DNA from: an uncultured Planctomycetaceae bacterium
Lineage (GTDB): Bacteria; Planctomycetota; Planctomycetia; Planctomycetales; Planctomycetaceae
NCBI GenBank assembly: GCA_963815195.1
Contig: CAWFGE010000012.1
Span: forward strand, 224,001-288,000
Direction of reading: 5' to 3'
Length of the DNA: 64,000 bases
This document shows, piece after piece, positions 54,506-64,000 of the stretch; positions within the stretch are counted from its first letter, which is position 1; every line of letters begins with the position of its first letter. The translations under genes and the position numbers were made by a program. The notes beneath the pieces are model-generated. The model ran no database searches. It had not been told where the DNA came from and saw only the letters and a program-made list of their open reading frames with translations.

Positions 54506-56296
54506 TCACTGCTCGGAGCGACGTTCGGACGGGCCGTGCTTCACCGAGAGATTCCGGGCCGTGTTGATTAAGGCCACGTGGGAAAACGCCTGGGGAAAAT
54601 TTCCGAGGAAACACTGCGTCTCCGGGTCGTATTCTTCCGACAAGAGGCCAACATCGTTCCGCAACGAGAGCAACCGCTCGAATAGTTCCCGGGCTTCGTC
54701 CCGCCGGCCCTGCATGGCGAGCGCGTCGGCGAGCCAGAACGTGCACATCAGAAACGTCCCCTCGCTGCCCGCGAGCCCGTCCACGCCCGACTCCGCATTG
54801 TAGCGAAGCACGAATCCGTCCCGCTTCAAATCCTCCTGAATCGCTTCGACCGTGCCTTGAATCCGCGGATCTTCCGGCGGCAGAAAGCCGACCATCGGCA
54901 ACACAAGCAGGCTCGCATCCAGATTGTGCGAGCCGTAAGACTGCGTGAAGGAATTCCTCGCCTTATTGAAGCCGTGCGCGCACACATCGTCGTGAATCTC
55001 CTTTCGCACCGTCCGCCATTTCTCCGCCGGGCCGTCCAGATGGAATTGCTCGACGCCTTTGATGGCCCGATCGAAGGCCACCCACGCCATGACTTTGGAA
55101 TAGGTAAACTGCCTCCGTTCCGAGCGGATTTCCCAGATGCCTTCGTCGGGCTCTTTCCAGACGGTCTCCAGGTGGTTCATCAGGACGCGCTGCATGTTCC
55201 AGACGTGCTCTTGGGGGGGCAGCCCGCGCTTCTGCGCCAGATGCAGCGTGTCCATCAATTCGCCGAACACGTCCAACTGGAGCTGCGAATGGGCCTGATT
55301 GCCAACGCGCACCGGCTTGGAATTTCCGTAACCGGAAAGCCAGGGGACTTGGAACTCCGGCAGCCAGCGCTCGCCCGCGACGCCGTACAACGGTTGAATC
55401 CGCGACGGCCGCCCGGCGACGGCCCGCATCAGCCAATCCCGCCAGGCCACTGCTTCCTCCGTGAACCCGGAGTCGAGCAAGGCATATAACGTCAAGGTGG
55501 CGTCCCGCAGCCAGCAGAAGCGGTAGTCCCAATTTCGTTCGCCGCCCAAATTCTCGGGGAGCGACGTGGTCAGGGCCGCGATCATTCCGCCCGTCGGCTG
55601 GTAAATCAAGGCTTTGAGCGTGATGAGCGAACGGACCACGGCATCCCGCCACGGGCCTTTGTAGTTGCATTGGCTGGCCCAGTCCTTCCACCAGTCTTCG
55701 GTGCTCCTGAGCAGTTTCAGCGGATCGGTCTTCTCCGGGGCCGGCGTATGGGATGGATACCACGTGAGGCTGAAAGATTTCCGCTCCCCCGCGCGAATTT
55801 CAAAATCGGCCCGCGTCCGGAAATCTTCGCCCCGCATCTCGACGTCTGAGTGGATGAGCATGGCATCGGGCCCGGCAATGGCAATCAGGCTGTCGTCAAT
55901 CCGCCGCACCCAAGGCGTCACCGTGCCGTAGTCCAGCCGGATGACAAGTTCCATCTCCAAGGGCACCGTGCCCTCGCGGCCTTCGATGATCCGCACCACG
56001 TCGGCGACTTCGACCTCGAGCGACATAAAATCGATGATGGCCACCGTCCCGCTGTCCGTTTCGAACTCGGTTTCCAGAACCAGCGTGTCGCCACGGTATT
56101 TGCGTTTCTGATTTCGGACCTTGCCTTTGGGGCGAATCCGCCAGCGGCCGTTCTCGGCGTCGCCCAACAGCGCCGCGAAGCACGCCCCGGAATCAAACCG
56201 GGGCAGACACAACCAGTCGATGGATCCGTCCCGCGAAACGAGCCCTCCGGTTTGCCCGTCTCCAATGATCGCATAGTCTTCGATGCGCGATTTCAT
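54506..56296 (-). CDS. Glycoside hydrolase family 15 (glucoamylase/trehalase-like)
   Basis: IEDYAIIGD, RNWDYRFCWLRD, GIWEIR, GLLSEE...LGNFPQAFSH. Confidence 0.95.
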   Translation of the reverse strand: MKSRIEDYAIIGDGQTGGLVSRDGSIDWLCLPRFDSGACFAALLGDAENGRWRIRPKGKVRNQKRKYRGDTLVLETEFETDSGTVAIIDFMSLEVEVADVVRIIEGREGTVPLEMELVIRLDYGTVTPWVRRIDDSLIAIAGPDAMLIHSDVEMRGEDFRTRADFEIRAGERKSFSLTWYPSHTPAPEKTDPLKLLRSTEDWWKDWASQCNYKGPWRDAVVRSLITLKALIYQPTGGMIAALTTSLPENLGGERNWDYRFCWLRDATLTLYALLDSGFTEEAVAWRDWLMRAVAGRPSRIQPLYGVAGERWLPEFQVPWLSGYGNSKPVRVGNQAHSQLQLDVFGELMDTLHLAQKRGLPPQEHVWNMQRVLMNHLETVWKEPDEGIWEIRSERRQFTYSKVMAWVAFDRAIKGVEQFHLDGPAEKWRTVRKEIHDDVCAHGFNKARNSFTQSYGSHNLDASLLVLPMVGFLPPEDPRIQGTVEAIQEDLKRDGFVLRYNAESGVDGLAGSEGTFLMCTFWLADALAMQGRRDEARELFERLLSLRNDVGLLSEEYDPETQCFLGNFPQAFSHVALINTARNLSVKHGPSERRSEQ

Positions 56297-56690
56297 AAGG
56301 TTCGGCTATTAACCTGGGGAACGATGGGTTTCGGGCGCCTAAGTCTTGGTGAAACCAAACCGCCGCTCCGATGACAAAACATGATTTTGTGCCCCATGAT
56401 TCTGTGATCTTAACATCGTGTGCTCGGCGGTGCCAAGAACTGGCTGCGGCCGGCTTTCGGCGACACCGCCCGTGCCGCGAGGCATTCTGCATTTGCAGCA
56501 TACCCGGAACGGAAAGGCGGGCGTAGGGGAGGTTTCCCGTGCGGTTTGCCGAGACGTTCCCGACTCTTTCCTGGGAGTTCCTTCCAGGCGTGATCGCCTT
56601 CCCCGCCCGATAGCCCGCCGCCAGCCGCGCGGGACAATACATCTATCCCGATTTGCCCATTGGCTGACACAGCGCGAAAAGGAACCCTCA

Positions 56691-57068
56691 ATGACGCCCA
56701 TCGGACATAAACGCTGGACCATCGCGGAGGGCTACATCCCGGGCTGGAGCCACGGCCCGGAACCGCAAATGACCAGCCACGAAACGGCGTGCATCTTGAA
56801 TGCGGGCGATGAAGACGCCGAGGTGCGAATGTTCGTGTTCTTCAGCGACCGCGATCCCGCCGGGCCGTACAAGTTCACGGTGCCGGCTCAGCGGACGAAG
56901 CACGTTCGGTTCAACGAACTCAAGGACCCCGAACCGATCCCCAAGGACACCGACTACGCGAGCGTGATCGAGTCGAACGTGCCGATCGTGGTGCAGCATT
57001 CGCGGCTCGATTCGCGCCAGGCGGAGAACGCCCTCGTCAGCACGATCGCCTTCGCCGAGCGGGATTGA
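56691..57068 (+). CDS. Sensory rhodopsin transducer (ASRT/DUF1362) family protein
   Basis: IGHKRWTIAEGYIP, SHETACILN, RTKHVRFN, VVQHSRLDSRQAENAL. Confidence 0.9.
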   Translation: MTPIGHKRWTIAEGYIPGWSHGPEPQMTSHETACILNAGDEDAEVRMFVFFSDRDPAGPYKFTVPAQRTKHVRFNELKDPEPIPKDTDYASVIESNVPIVVQHSRLDSRQAENALVSTIAFAERD

Positions 57069-57114
57069 AGCCCCATTCACACACAAACCTGAAAACGAAC
57101 GGAGTGAAACTCTC

Positions 57115-57574
57115 ATGGAAACCACCTACCAAATGCCCCCCACCACAAGGCGGGTTGAAGAACATACCTCGGACGAAATCAACGAGCGGATTCGGCGGGA
57201 CACCGATGAACGGATTGCGGTGTACTTCGCGGCGGGCCGCGCGGCGATCGAACGCGCGGCTCGAGCAGCTCGACCACGAATGGGACATCGAGCGGGTCTT
57301 GGAAGCGAACGCCGCGTCGGTCTCGCTGGCGGGGTTCGTCTTGGGAGCGACGTTGAGCCGCAAATTTCTCGCGCTGCCTGCCGTGGTGTCGGGTTTTCTC
57401 TTGCAGCATGCGATCCAAGGCTGGTGCCCGCCGGTGCCGTTCTTCCGCCGCCGGGGCTTTCGCACCGCGCGGGAAATCGAGGAAGAACGCATCGCGCTCA
57501 AGGCGTTGCGCGAGGACTTCGACGGCATTTCCCAAAAAAGCGTGCCGGAGATTATGGAGGCGGTCCGCCGGTAA
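57115..57574 (+). CDS. DUF2892/YgaP-like membrane protein (frameshift near 57255)
   Basis: TTRRVEEHTSDEINERI (frame of 57115) joins EWDIERVLEANA...LLQHAIQGWCPP...GFRTAREIEEER (frame of 57065). Confidence 0.82.
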
Positions 57575-57747
57575 GAGCCCGCGGGAATGAATTTCGGCGA
57601 ACAACTCGGTCCTGGAAAAACCGGGAGTGCGACGCCCTCAGTCACACTCAGGCTCGTGCCATCCATGACGAGACGGGCGGGATCTGTTTGCGAACGCCGG
57701 CAGTTCACCGGGGGGGACCGTTGAGGCCGGACCAGAGAGCAAGCCCC

Positions 57748-58857
57748 ATGTTGCACACAAACATCGACAAACTCGAAGTCACCGCCTACCAGGTGCCCAC
57801 CGATCAACCGGAATCGGATGGAACCTTGAAGTGGGATTCCACGACGATGGTCCTGGTGACGGTGTCCGCGGGCGGCGAGCGCGGGTTGGGTTATACCTAC
57901 TCGCAGACCGCGGCCGCCCGGCTGATCGCCGACAAGTTCCGCGATCAAATCGTCGGCGAGGACCCGCTGGAAGTCACACGGCTTAGCGAAAACTGTTATC
58001 GGACAGCCCGCAACCTGGGCCGGCCGGGGATCGTGGCCAGCGCCATCTCGGCGGTCGATGCGGCTTTGTGGGACCTCAAAGCCCGGCTGCTGGACTTGCC
58101 CTTGGTCCGCCTGCTCGGCCAGGTGCGGGATGAAATCGACATCTACGGCAGCGGCGGCTTTACGTCGTACTCCATCGAGCAGTTCCGGGAGCAATTGGGC
58201 GGCTGGGTGGAACAGGGAATCCCCCGCGTCAAAATGAAGATCGGCCGCGATCCCCAACACGACGTGCACCGCGTCTCCGAAGCCCGCAAAGCAATCGGCG
58301 CGAAGGCCGAACTCTTTGTGGATGCCAATGGAGCCTACGATCGCAAGCAGGCTTTGGCCAAGGCGGAAGACTTTGCGGGATTTGGGGTCAGTTGGTTCGA
58401 GGAGCCGGTGAGTTCGGACGACCTCGCGGGGCTGCGCTTGCTGCGGGACCGCGCACCGGCGGGCATGGACATCACGTCGGGCGAGTACGGCGACGACCGG
58501 TTTTATTTCAAACGGATGCTGGACGCCGGAGCCGTCGATGTGCTCCAGCCGGACGCCACGCGGTGCGGCGGCGTGACGGGGTTCCTCGCCGCGGCGGAAT
58601 TGTGCCGAGCCCAGCCGCTGCCGCTCTCGGCCCACACCGCGCCGTCGCTGCATCGGCATCTGTGCTGCGCGGCGATGCCCGCCCGGCATATCGAGTATTT
58701 CCACGATCACGTCCGCATCGAGCAGATGTTCTTCGACGGAGCAGCCAAGCAAGTCGGCGGCAAGCTGGGTCCCGATCCGTCAAGACCGGGTTGGGGACTG
58801 GAACTCAAACAACCCGACGCGGACAAGTACGCCGTCTGGCGAAACACCGGAGAATGA
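57748..58857 (+). CDS. Mandelate racemase/muconate lactonizing enzyme (enolase superfamily) protein
   Basis: ALWDLKAR, KMK, VDANG, FEEP, GEY, QPD, SAH. Confidence 0.92.
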   Translation: MLHTNIDKLEVTAYQVPTDQPESDGTLKWDSTTMVLVTVSAGGERGLGYTYSQTAAARLIADKFRDQIVGEDPLEVTRLSENCYRTARNLGRPGIVASAISAVDAALWDLKARLLDLPLVRLLGQVRDEIDIYGSGGFTSYSIEQFREQLGGWVEQGIPRVKMKIGRDPQHDVHRVSEARKAIGAKAELFVDANGAYDRKQALAKAEDFAGFGVSWFEEPVSSDDLAGLRLLRDRAPAGMDITSGEYGDDRFYFKRMLDAGAVDVLQPDATRCGGVTGFLAAAELCRAQPLPLSAHTAPSLHRHLCCAAMPARHIEYFHDHVRIEQMFFDGAAKQVGGKLGPDPSRPGWGLELKQPDADKYAVWRNTGE

Positions 58858-58992
58858 TGAAGCGAAGGAAAACCGGAGTTTGGGTGGCCCGTCCCTGAGC
58901 GTAGCGATCGCAGAGACCACACCCACCAGAAAATAAAACGCCGGGCGAGTTGAATCGCCTGGCGCGAATGTCAGCACAACCAAGGAGAACCC

Positions 58993-61900
58993 ATGCCAAT
59001 CAGCGAAGCGCCCGCTCGACAAATCCGCGAAGCTCAGAAGGGCCGTTCCATCCGCCAGGTCGGGTTTCCGCACCGGGAAGCCCGCGGGTTGGCGGAGCGG
59101 CTCGAAAGAGCCGTCGACGGCGAAGTCCGCTTCGACGCCGGCAGCCGGGCCCTGTATTCCCGCGACGGCTCCAACTACCGCCAGATCCCGATCGGCGTGG
59201 TCGTGCCCCGGAATGCGGACGATGTGCTCGCGACCGTCGCGCTCTGCCGGGAGTTTGGCGCTCCGATCCTCGCCCGGGGCGGCGGCACGAGTCTGGCGGG
59301 GCAATGCTGCAACGTCGCGGTCGTGCTCGATTTCTCGAAATACATGAACCGCATCCTCGAAATCAACGCGGAAGAAAAATGGGCGCGGGTCGAGCCGGGA
59401 TTGATCCTCGATCATCTCAACGAGCGGACCGTGCCCTTGAACCTGGCCTGGGGGCCGGACCCTTCCACGCACAACCACTGCACCTTCGGCGGGATGCTGG
59501 GGAACAACTCCTGCGGCGTGCATTCCGTGATGGCCGGCCGCAGCGTCGATAACCTCCACGAAATGGACATCGTGACCTATGAAGGCCGGCGGATGCACCT
59601 CGCCCAGACCTCCGATGAAGATTACGAACGCATCGTCAAGGCGGGCGGGCCGGAGGCGGAGATCTATCAAAGGCTCCGCCGACTCCGGGACCGATATGCC
59701 GACGTGATCCGCGAGCGGTTTCCCGACATTCCCCGCCGGGTCTCCGGTTATTGTCTCGACGAGTTGCTTCCCGAAAACGGCTTTCACGTCGCCCGCTCGC
59801 TGGTCGGAACCGAATGCACCTGCGCCCTCCTGCTCGAAGCCAAGGTGCGGCTCATTCATCATCCGCCCAAGCGGTCGCTGCTGGTCCTTTGTTATTCCGA
59901 CGTTTACAAAGCCGGCGACGCCATCCCCGAGGTCATGGCCCAAAACCCGATCGGCCTGGAAGGCATCGACGATCGGCTGATCGGCTACATGCATAAAAAA
60001 GGCATGCACCCGGACGATCTGGCTCTCTTTCCCCAAGGCTGGGGCGGCTGGCTGCTTGTCGAGTTCGGGGCCGACACCCAGGAAGAGGCCAACCACCTCG
60101 CCGAGAACGCGGCGTCGGCTCTCAAGAAGTACTGCGAGGATTACGAGATTTACGAAGACCCGGCCAAGCAGGAAAAAATCTGGGAGATTCGCGAATCGGG
60201 ACTGGGGGCGACGGCCTTCGTGCCGGGACATCACGACACCTGGCCCGGTTGGGAAGACTCCGCCGTGCCGCCCGAGCGGTTGGGCGAATATCTCCGCGAC
60301 ATCCGCCAACTGATGGAAGACCACGGCTACGATTGCTCCTACTACGGCCACTTCGGCCAAGGGCTTCTGCATACGCGGATCGACTTCGATCTCAAAACGC
60401 AGAAGGGTCTCGCGACCTATCGATCCTTCATCGAACAGGCCGCGGACTTGTGCCACGCCTACGGCGGCTCGTTCTCCGGCGAGCACGGCGACGGCCAAGC
60501 CCGCGGCGAACTCTTGGGAAAAATGTACGGCGAGGAACTGCTCCAGGCGTTCCGCGAGTTCAAATCCATCTGGGACCCGCAGTGGAAAATGAACCCCGGC
60601 AAGGTCGTCGACGCCGACCCGCTGGACACCAACCTCGTCTTCGGCACCGACTACAGTCCGCCCACCGTCAAGACGCATTTCCATTATCCCGAAGACGGCG
60701 GGGACTTCGCGCACGCGGCCAACCGCTGCGTCGGCGTCGGAAAGTGCCGGCGCTGGGACGGCGGCACGATGTGCCCCAGCTATATGGTCACCCACGAAGA
60801 AAAACACACCACCCGCGGCCGGGCGCGGATGCTCTATGAAATGATGCAAGGCGACGTCGTCACCGACGGCTGGCAAAGCGAGGAAGTCAAAGAGGCCTTG
60901 GACCTCTGCCTCGCCTGCAAAGGCTGCAAAGGCGACTGCCCCGTCGATGTGGACATGGCGACTTACAAGGCCGAGTTTCTTTCGCATTACTATGAGGGAC
61001 ATTTTCGTCCGCGCTCCGCCTGGGCGATGGGCTTGATCGATGTTTGGGCGAGGCTCGCCTCCAAGATGCCCCGCGTGGTCAACTACTTCGCGTCGGCTCC
61101 GGGCTTCAGTCCGATCGTCAAATGGATGGGCGGCGTCGCCCAGGAACGCAAAATGCCCGCCTTCGCCGCCGAGCCCTTCACGCGCTGGTTCCGTCATCGG
61201 CAAGATCGCAGAACTTCCGGCCCGCCCGTGCTCTTGTGGCCGGATACCTTCAACAATTTCCTGCATCCGGAAACCGCTCGCTCCGCAACCCGCGTCCTGG
61301 AACGGGCCGGCTTTCAAGTCGCGATTCCCGAAACCCATCTGTGCTGCGGCCGGCCGCTTTATGACTACGGCCTGCTCGACCGGGCCAAGATGTATCTGCG
61401 GCGAATCCTCGATCAACTCCGCCCGCAAATCCAAGCGGGCGTGCCGATCGTCGTCTTGGAGCCGAGCTGCCTCGCCGTCTTTCAGGATGAATTGTTGAAC
61501 CTGTTCCCCAATGATATGGATGCCAAACGGCTCAAGCAGCAGTCGTTCACGTTGGCGCAGTTTCTGGAGAAGTACGCCGAAGACAGCAAACTCCCCAAGC
61601 TCGACCGCAAAGCATTGCTCCACGGCCATTGCCATCATAAGTCGATCATGGGGATGAACAGCGAACAGAAACTGCTCGAAAAGCTCGGCGTCGACTTCGA
61701 GGCTCCTGAAACAGGCTGCTGCGGGATGGCCGGTTCGTTCGGCTTCGAGTCCGATCATTATGACATTTCCATGGCCTGCGGCGAACGGGTGCTCTTGCCC
61801 GCCGTGCGTAAAGCCGCGGTCGACGAGCTGGTCATCGCCGACGGCTTCAGTTGCCAGGAGCAAATCGAGCAGCAGTCCGGCCGCCGGGCGATGCATATCG

Positions 61901-62082
61901 CCCAAGTCCTCGACATGGCCTACGAGGAAGGGGCCCGCGGCCGAATCACAACGAGCTACCCCGAACGCTGCTTCCGCGAGGATCACTCCAAGGAACGCAT
62001 CAGCGGCAAGAAACTTTTGGCGGGCACCGCGGGCGTGCTCGCGGGAATTGTTCTGGCGAAAGTTTTATTGAATCGGCGGTAG
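58993..62082 (+). CDS. FAD-binding and (Fe-S)-binding oxidoreductase (YdiJ / GlcD-GlcF fusion type)
   Basis: RGGGTSLAGQ, SGEHGDG, CVGVGKC, CLACKGCKGDCP, CCGR and CCGMAG. Confidence 0.93.
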   Translation: MPISEAPARQIREAQKGRSIRQVGFPHREARGLAERLERAVDGEVRFDAGSRALYSRDGSNYRQIPIGVVVPRNADDVLATVALCREFGAPILARGGGTSLAGQCCNVAVVLDFSKYMNRILEINAEEKWARVEPGLILDHLNERTVPLNLAWGPDPSTHNHCTFGGMLGNNSCGVHSVMAGRSVDNLHEMDIVTYEGRRMHLAQTSDEDYERIVKAGGPEAEIYQRLRRLRDRYADVIRERFPDIPRRVSGYCLDELLPENGFHVARSLVGTECTCALLLEAKVRLIHHPPKRSLLVLCYSDVYKAGDAIPEVMAQNPIGLEGIDDRLIGYMHKKGMHPDDLALFPQGWGGWLLVEFGADTQEEANHLAENAASALKKYCEDYEIYEDPAKQEKIWEIRESGLGATAFVPGHHDTWPGWEDSAVPPERLGEYLRDIRQLMEDHGYDCSYYGHFGQGLLHTRIDFDLKTQKGLATYRSFIEQAADLCHAYGGSFSGEHGDGQARGELLGKMYGEELLQAFREFKSIWDPQWKMNPGKVVDADPLDTNLVFGTDYSPPTVKTHFHYPEDGGDFAHAANRCVGVGKCRRWDGGTMCPSYMVTHEEKHTTRGRARMLYEMMQGDVVTDGWQSEEVKEALDLCLACKGCKGDCPVDVDMATYKAEFLSHYYEGHFRPRSAWAMGLIDVWARLASKMPRVVNYFASAPGFSPIVKWMGGVAQERKMPAFAAEPFTRWFRHRQDRRTSGPPVLLWPDTFNNFLHPETARSATRVLERAGFQVAIPETHLCCGRPLYDYGLLDRAKMYLRRILDQLRPQIQAGVPIVVLEPSCLAVFQDELLNLFPNDMDAKRLKQQSFTLAQFLEKYAEDSKLPKLDRKALLHGHCHHKSIMGMNSEQKLLEKLGVDFEAPETGCCGMAGSFGFESDHYDISMACGERVLLPAVRKAAVDELVIADGFSCQEQIEQQSGRRAMHIAQVLDMAYEEGARGRITTSYPERCFREDHSKERISGKKLLAGTAGVLAGIVLAKVLLNRR

Positions 62083-62110
62083 TGCCGTCTTGGAAAATGT
62101 TTGAAAACGT

Positions 62111-62188
62111 GAGCGGTAGGCGCTAGCCTCCGGTTTCGATGCAGCGATGCTTCCAACGGCGAGACCGGCGCCGACGCCCAGCCGCTCA
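62111..62188. repeat. REP-like family B degenerate inverted doublet
   Basis: gagcggtaggcgctagcctccgg ... ccggcgccgacgcccagccgctc. Confidence 0.7.
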
Positions 62189-62233
62189 CGTTTTCTGGAT
62201 TGAAATTTCGACTCGATATTCTGGAGAAACCCC

Positions 62234-62725
62234 ATGCAATCCAAATTGCTCAATTCCGACAAGGAACAGACCTATGCCGTCATCTTTGATGAAGGCGACG
62301 AGTTCTCCGAAGGCATGCTCGCCTTCGCCAAGGAGCACAATCTGACGGCGGCGCACTTCACCGCCATCGGAGCCTTCAAAGATGCCAGGCTCGGCTGGTT
62401 CAATCCGGGGACGAACGAGTACGAAGAAAATCCCATCGACGAGCAGGTGGAGGTGTTGTCGCTCGTCGGCAACGTCGCCGAGCACGAAGGCCGGCCGAAG
62501 ATTCACGCCCACGTCGTCTTGGGCAAACGGGACGCCTCGGCCTGCGGCGGGCATCTTCTCGAAGCCCACGTCCGCCCCACGCTCGAAGTCACCGTAATGG
62601 AATCCCCCACGCATCTGCACCGCATCCATGACGAGAAAACCGGTCTGGCTTTGATCCGCCCCAACGAACCCGGCCTGCCCCCGCGCCCCGGTCGCCCCAT
62701 CAACGCCGGCGTCGAAGCGGAATAG
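62234..62725 (+). CDS. PPC domain (DUF296) protein
   Basis: FTAIGA, EVLSLVGN, IHAHVVLG, GGHL, RPTLEV. Confidence 0.92.
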   Translation: MQSKLLNSDKEQTYAVIFDEGDEFSEGMLAFAKEHNLTAAHFTAIGAFKDARLGWFNPGTNEYEENPIDEQVEVLSLVGNVAEHEGRPKIHAHVVLGKRDASACGGHLLEAHVRPTLEVTVMESPTHLHRIHDEKTGLALIRPNEPGLPPRPGRPINAGVEAE

Positions 62726-62760
62726 GCCCATTTTCGTAGCGGCGGCTTCGCATCGATCTG

Positions 62761-62858
62761 AAGAGCCGCGCACGCGTAATGAAGAGCCGCGCACGAAGTA
62801 AGCGGATCAGTTTCTCTTAATTTCGCTTCCGCTCACCGCTTACTTCGTGCGCGGCTCT
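62761..62858. repeat. REP-like family A inverted doublet plus a partial tandem copy
   Basis: 23-bp IR 62783-62805/62836-62858; partial copy aagagccgcgcacg at 62761. Confidence 0.9.
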
Positions 62859-64000
62859 CTTCTTAAGAGTTGCGGCGGGTTTCCGTTTGAATAATTGTCC
62901 TCGAACACGCCCGCGCTCTCATCGACCTCCGCCGGGTTGCCCAGGAGATTATCGACGATCATATTGCCTCGGCACTTGATTACTCTTAAAGAAACGCCCG
63001 TGTCGTTGCCTTGATTGTTCTGAATCAAACAATCGGACACCCGGCTGTCGCTGACATCTTCCATCAACAAACCGCAGCGGCCGAAGTTCAGAATCGTGCA
63101 GCCGGTGAGGTTCATCCGCCGGCAGCCTTTGAGCGCCAGCGCTGCCGCGACATCCCCCACGCCCTGGATGTGATTCGCGGAAATCGTGCAGCCGTCGCAA
63201 TCGCGGAAGATCAATCCCAAGTTCGCGTCGGAGCCGTCGCCGTAGTGGTAGCGCGGATTGCGATCGAACACATTGTTCGCCACGACAATGTTGTCGCAGC
63301 CTTCGACCAACAGGTTATGGGCATAGCCTTTCCAGATCGTGTTCCCGGTGATGGTGACGCCTCGGCTGTTTTTGATCTCGATATTCACCTGCACGTCGGA
63401 GAGCACGTTGTCGGCGATGGTGATGTTGCCGTGGCGAAGCTCCTCGGTGAAGGGCCGCTTCGAGGAGTTGCTGTCGATGCGGATGTTCGCGGAGTTCGGC
63501 GATTCGTGGGCGTGCTGGATCGTGCAGCCCACGATCGCGACCTCGGCGACGGAATTTCCCGTGGAATCCAAGAGCACGTTGGCGGTCGGCTCCGAGCCTT
63601 CGCCGCCCATGTTGCCTTCAATGTCGCAGGTGCCGATCTGCAGGTTGCGGACTTCGCTCTGCCGGACGACCACGCCGCCGCCGTGGTTATAGCTGATGTG
63701 GCAGTTGGCGATATTGATCTGATGCAGGTTCAACTGGTCGAGAAAAACGCCGATGCCTTTGTTGTTATAGATGTGGCATTCCGAGAGGGTCACGTTGCGG
63801 TTCCGCTGGACGAGATGTACGCCGTGAAGCGCCTCGCGGACGGCCACGCGGGTCAACGTGAGCTGCATGGTTCCGCTGGCTTCGATGCCGGAGGCTTCCG
63901 GGTGTCCGCCGACGATTTCGAGGCCGTCCACGGAAGGCGTCCGCTGTTTGTCCCAAACGTTTTGCTGGACGGTGCTCGGGGCGGCGGTGCCGGCGTGCGT
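62840..64000 (-). CDS. Right-handed parallel beta-helix repeat protein (5' end beyond the window)
   Basis: Repeated NxxIxxCxIxxN motifs; the frame appears to stay open toward the window edge. Confidence 0.85.
   Translation of the reverse strand, partial: THAGTAAPSTVQQNVWDKQRTPSVDGLEIVGGHPEASGIEASGTMQLTLTRVAVREALHGVHLVQRNRNVTLSECHIYNNKGIGVFLDQLNLHQINIANCHISYNHGGGVVVRQSEVRNLQIGTCDIEGNMGGEGSEPTANVLLDSTGNSVAEVAIVGCTIQHAHESPNSANIRIDSNSSKRPFTEELRHGNITIADNVLSDVQVNIEIKNSRGVTITGNTIWKGYAHNLLVEGCDNIVVANNVFDRNPRYHYGDGSDANLGLIFRDCDGCTISANHIQGVGDVAAALALKGCRRMNLTGCTILNFGRCGLLMEDVSDSRVSDCLIQNNQGNDTGVSLRVIKCRGNMIVDNLLGNPAEVDESAGVFEDNYSNGNPPQLLRREPRTK

Noticed and set aside
56691..57068. ASRT as evidence of light sensing
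   Set aside because: There is no rhodopsin gene in the window, and the family commonly occurs without one.
57115..58857. Apparent 580-aa fusion of a DUF2892 N-terminus to the enolase-family enzyme
   Set aside because: It is an artefact of the frameshift near 57255. These are two genes, and the enolase starts at 57748.

Overview
This is GC-rich bacterial chromosome, almost certainly a planctomycete (inferred from four DUF1559 pilin-like genes, planctomycete-style Ser/Thr kinases and large WD40 proteins). It contains a likely replication origin: an N-terminally truncated dnaA, an intergenic region with degenerate DnaA boxes and a DnaA-trio tract, then dnaN, dciA/DUF721 and gyrB. An accessory region at about 31.9-41.0 kb holds nested IS remnants, a decayed EndoU-type toxin/immunity pair that the ORF track misses, an aspartic protease pair, a double-ATPase (AAA+HerA) gene and a zinc-finger kinase coupled to a small Cys-rich gene. 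The strongest candidate for an undescribed system is a hybrid histidine kinase translationally coupled to a receiver domain-glutamate dehydrogenase fusion (48.6-54.3 kb). Also notable are an HDOD-GGDEF cyclase with four MshEN-like repeats and a GH15/ASRT/enolase/FAD-FeS/DUF296 cluster. Several REP-like palindrome families are dispersed through the intergenic DNA. Many non-core genes carry single-base frameshifts, possibly sequencing errors. I recognised no rRNA, tRNA or CRISPR array. All calls come from reading motifs by eye; no database searches were run.
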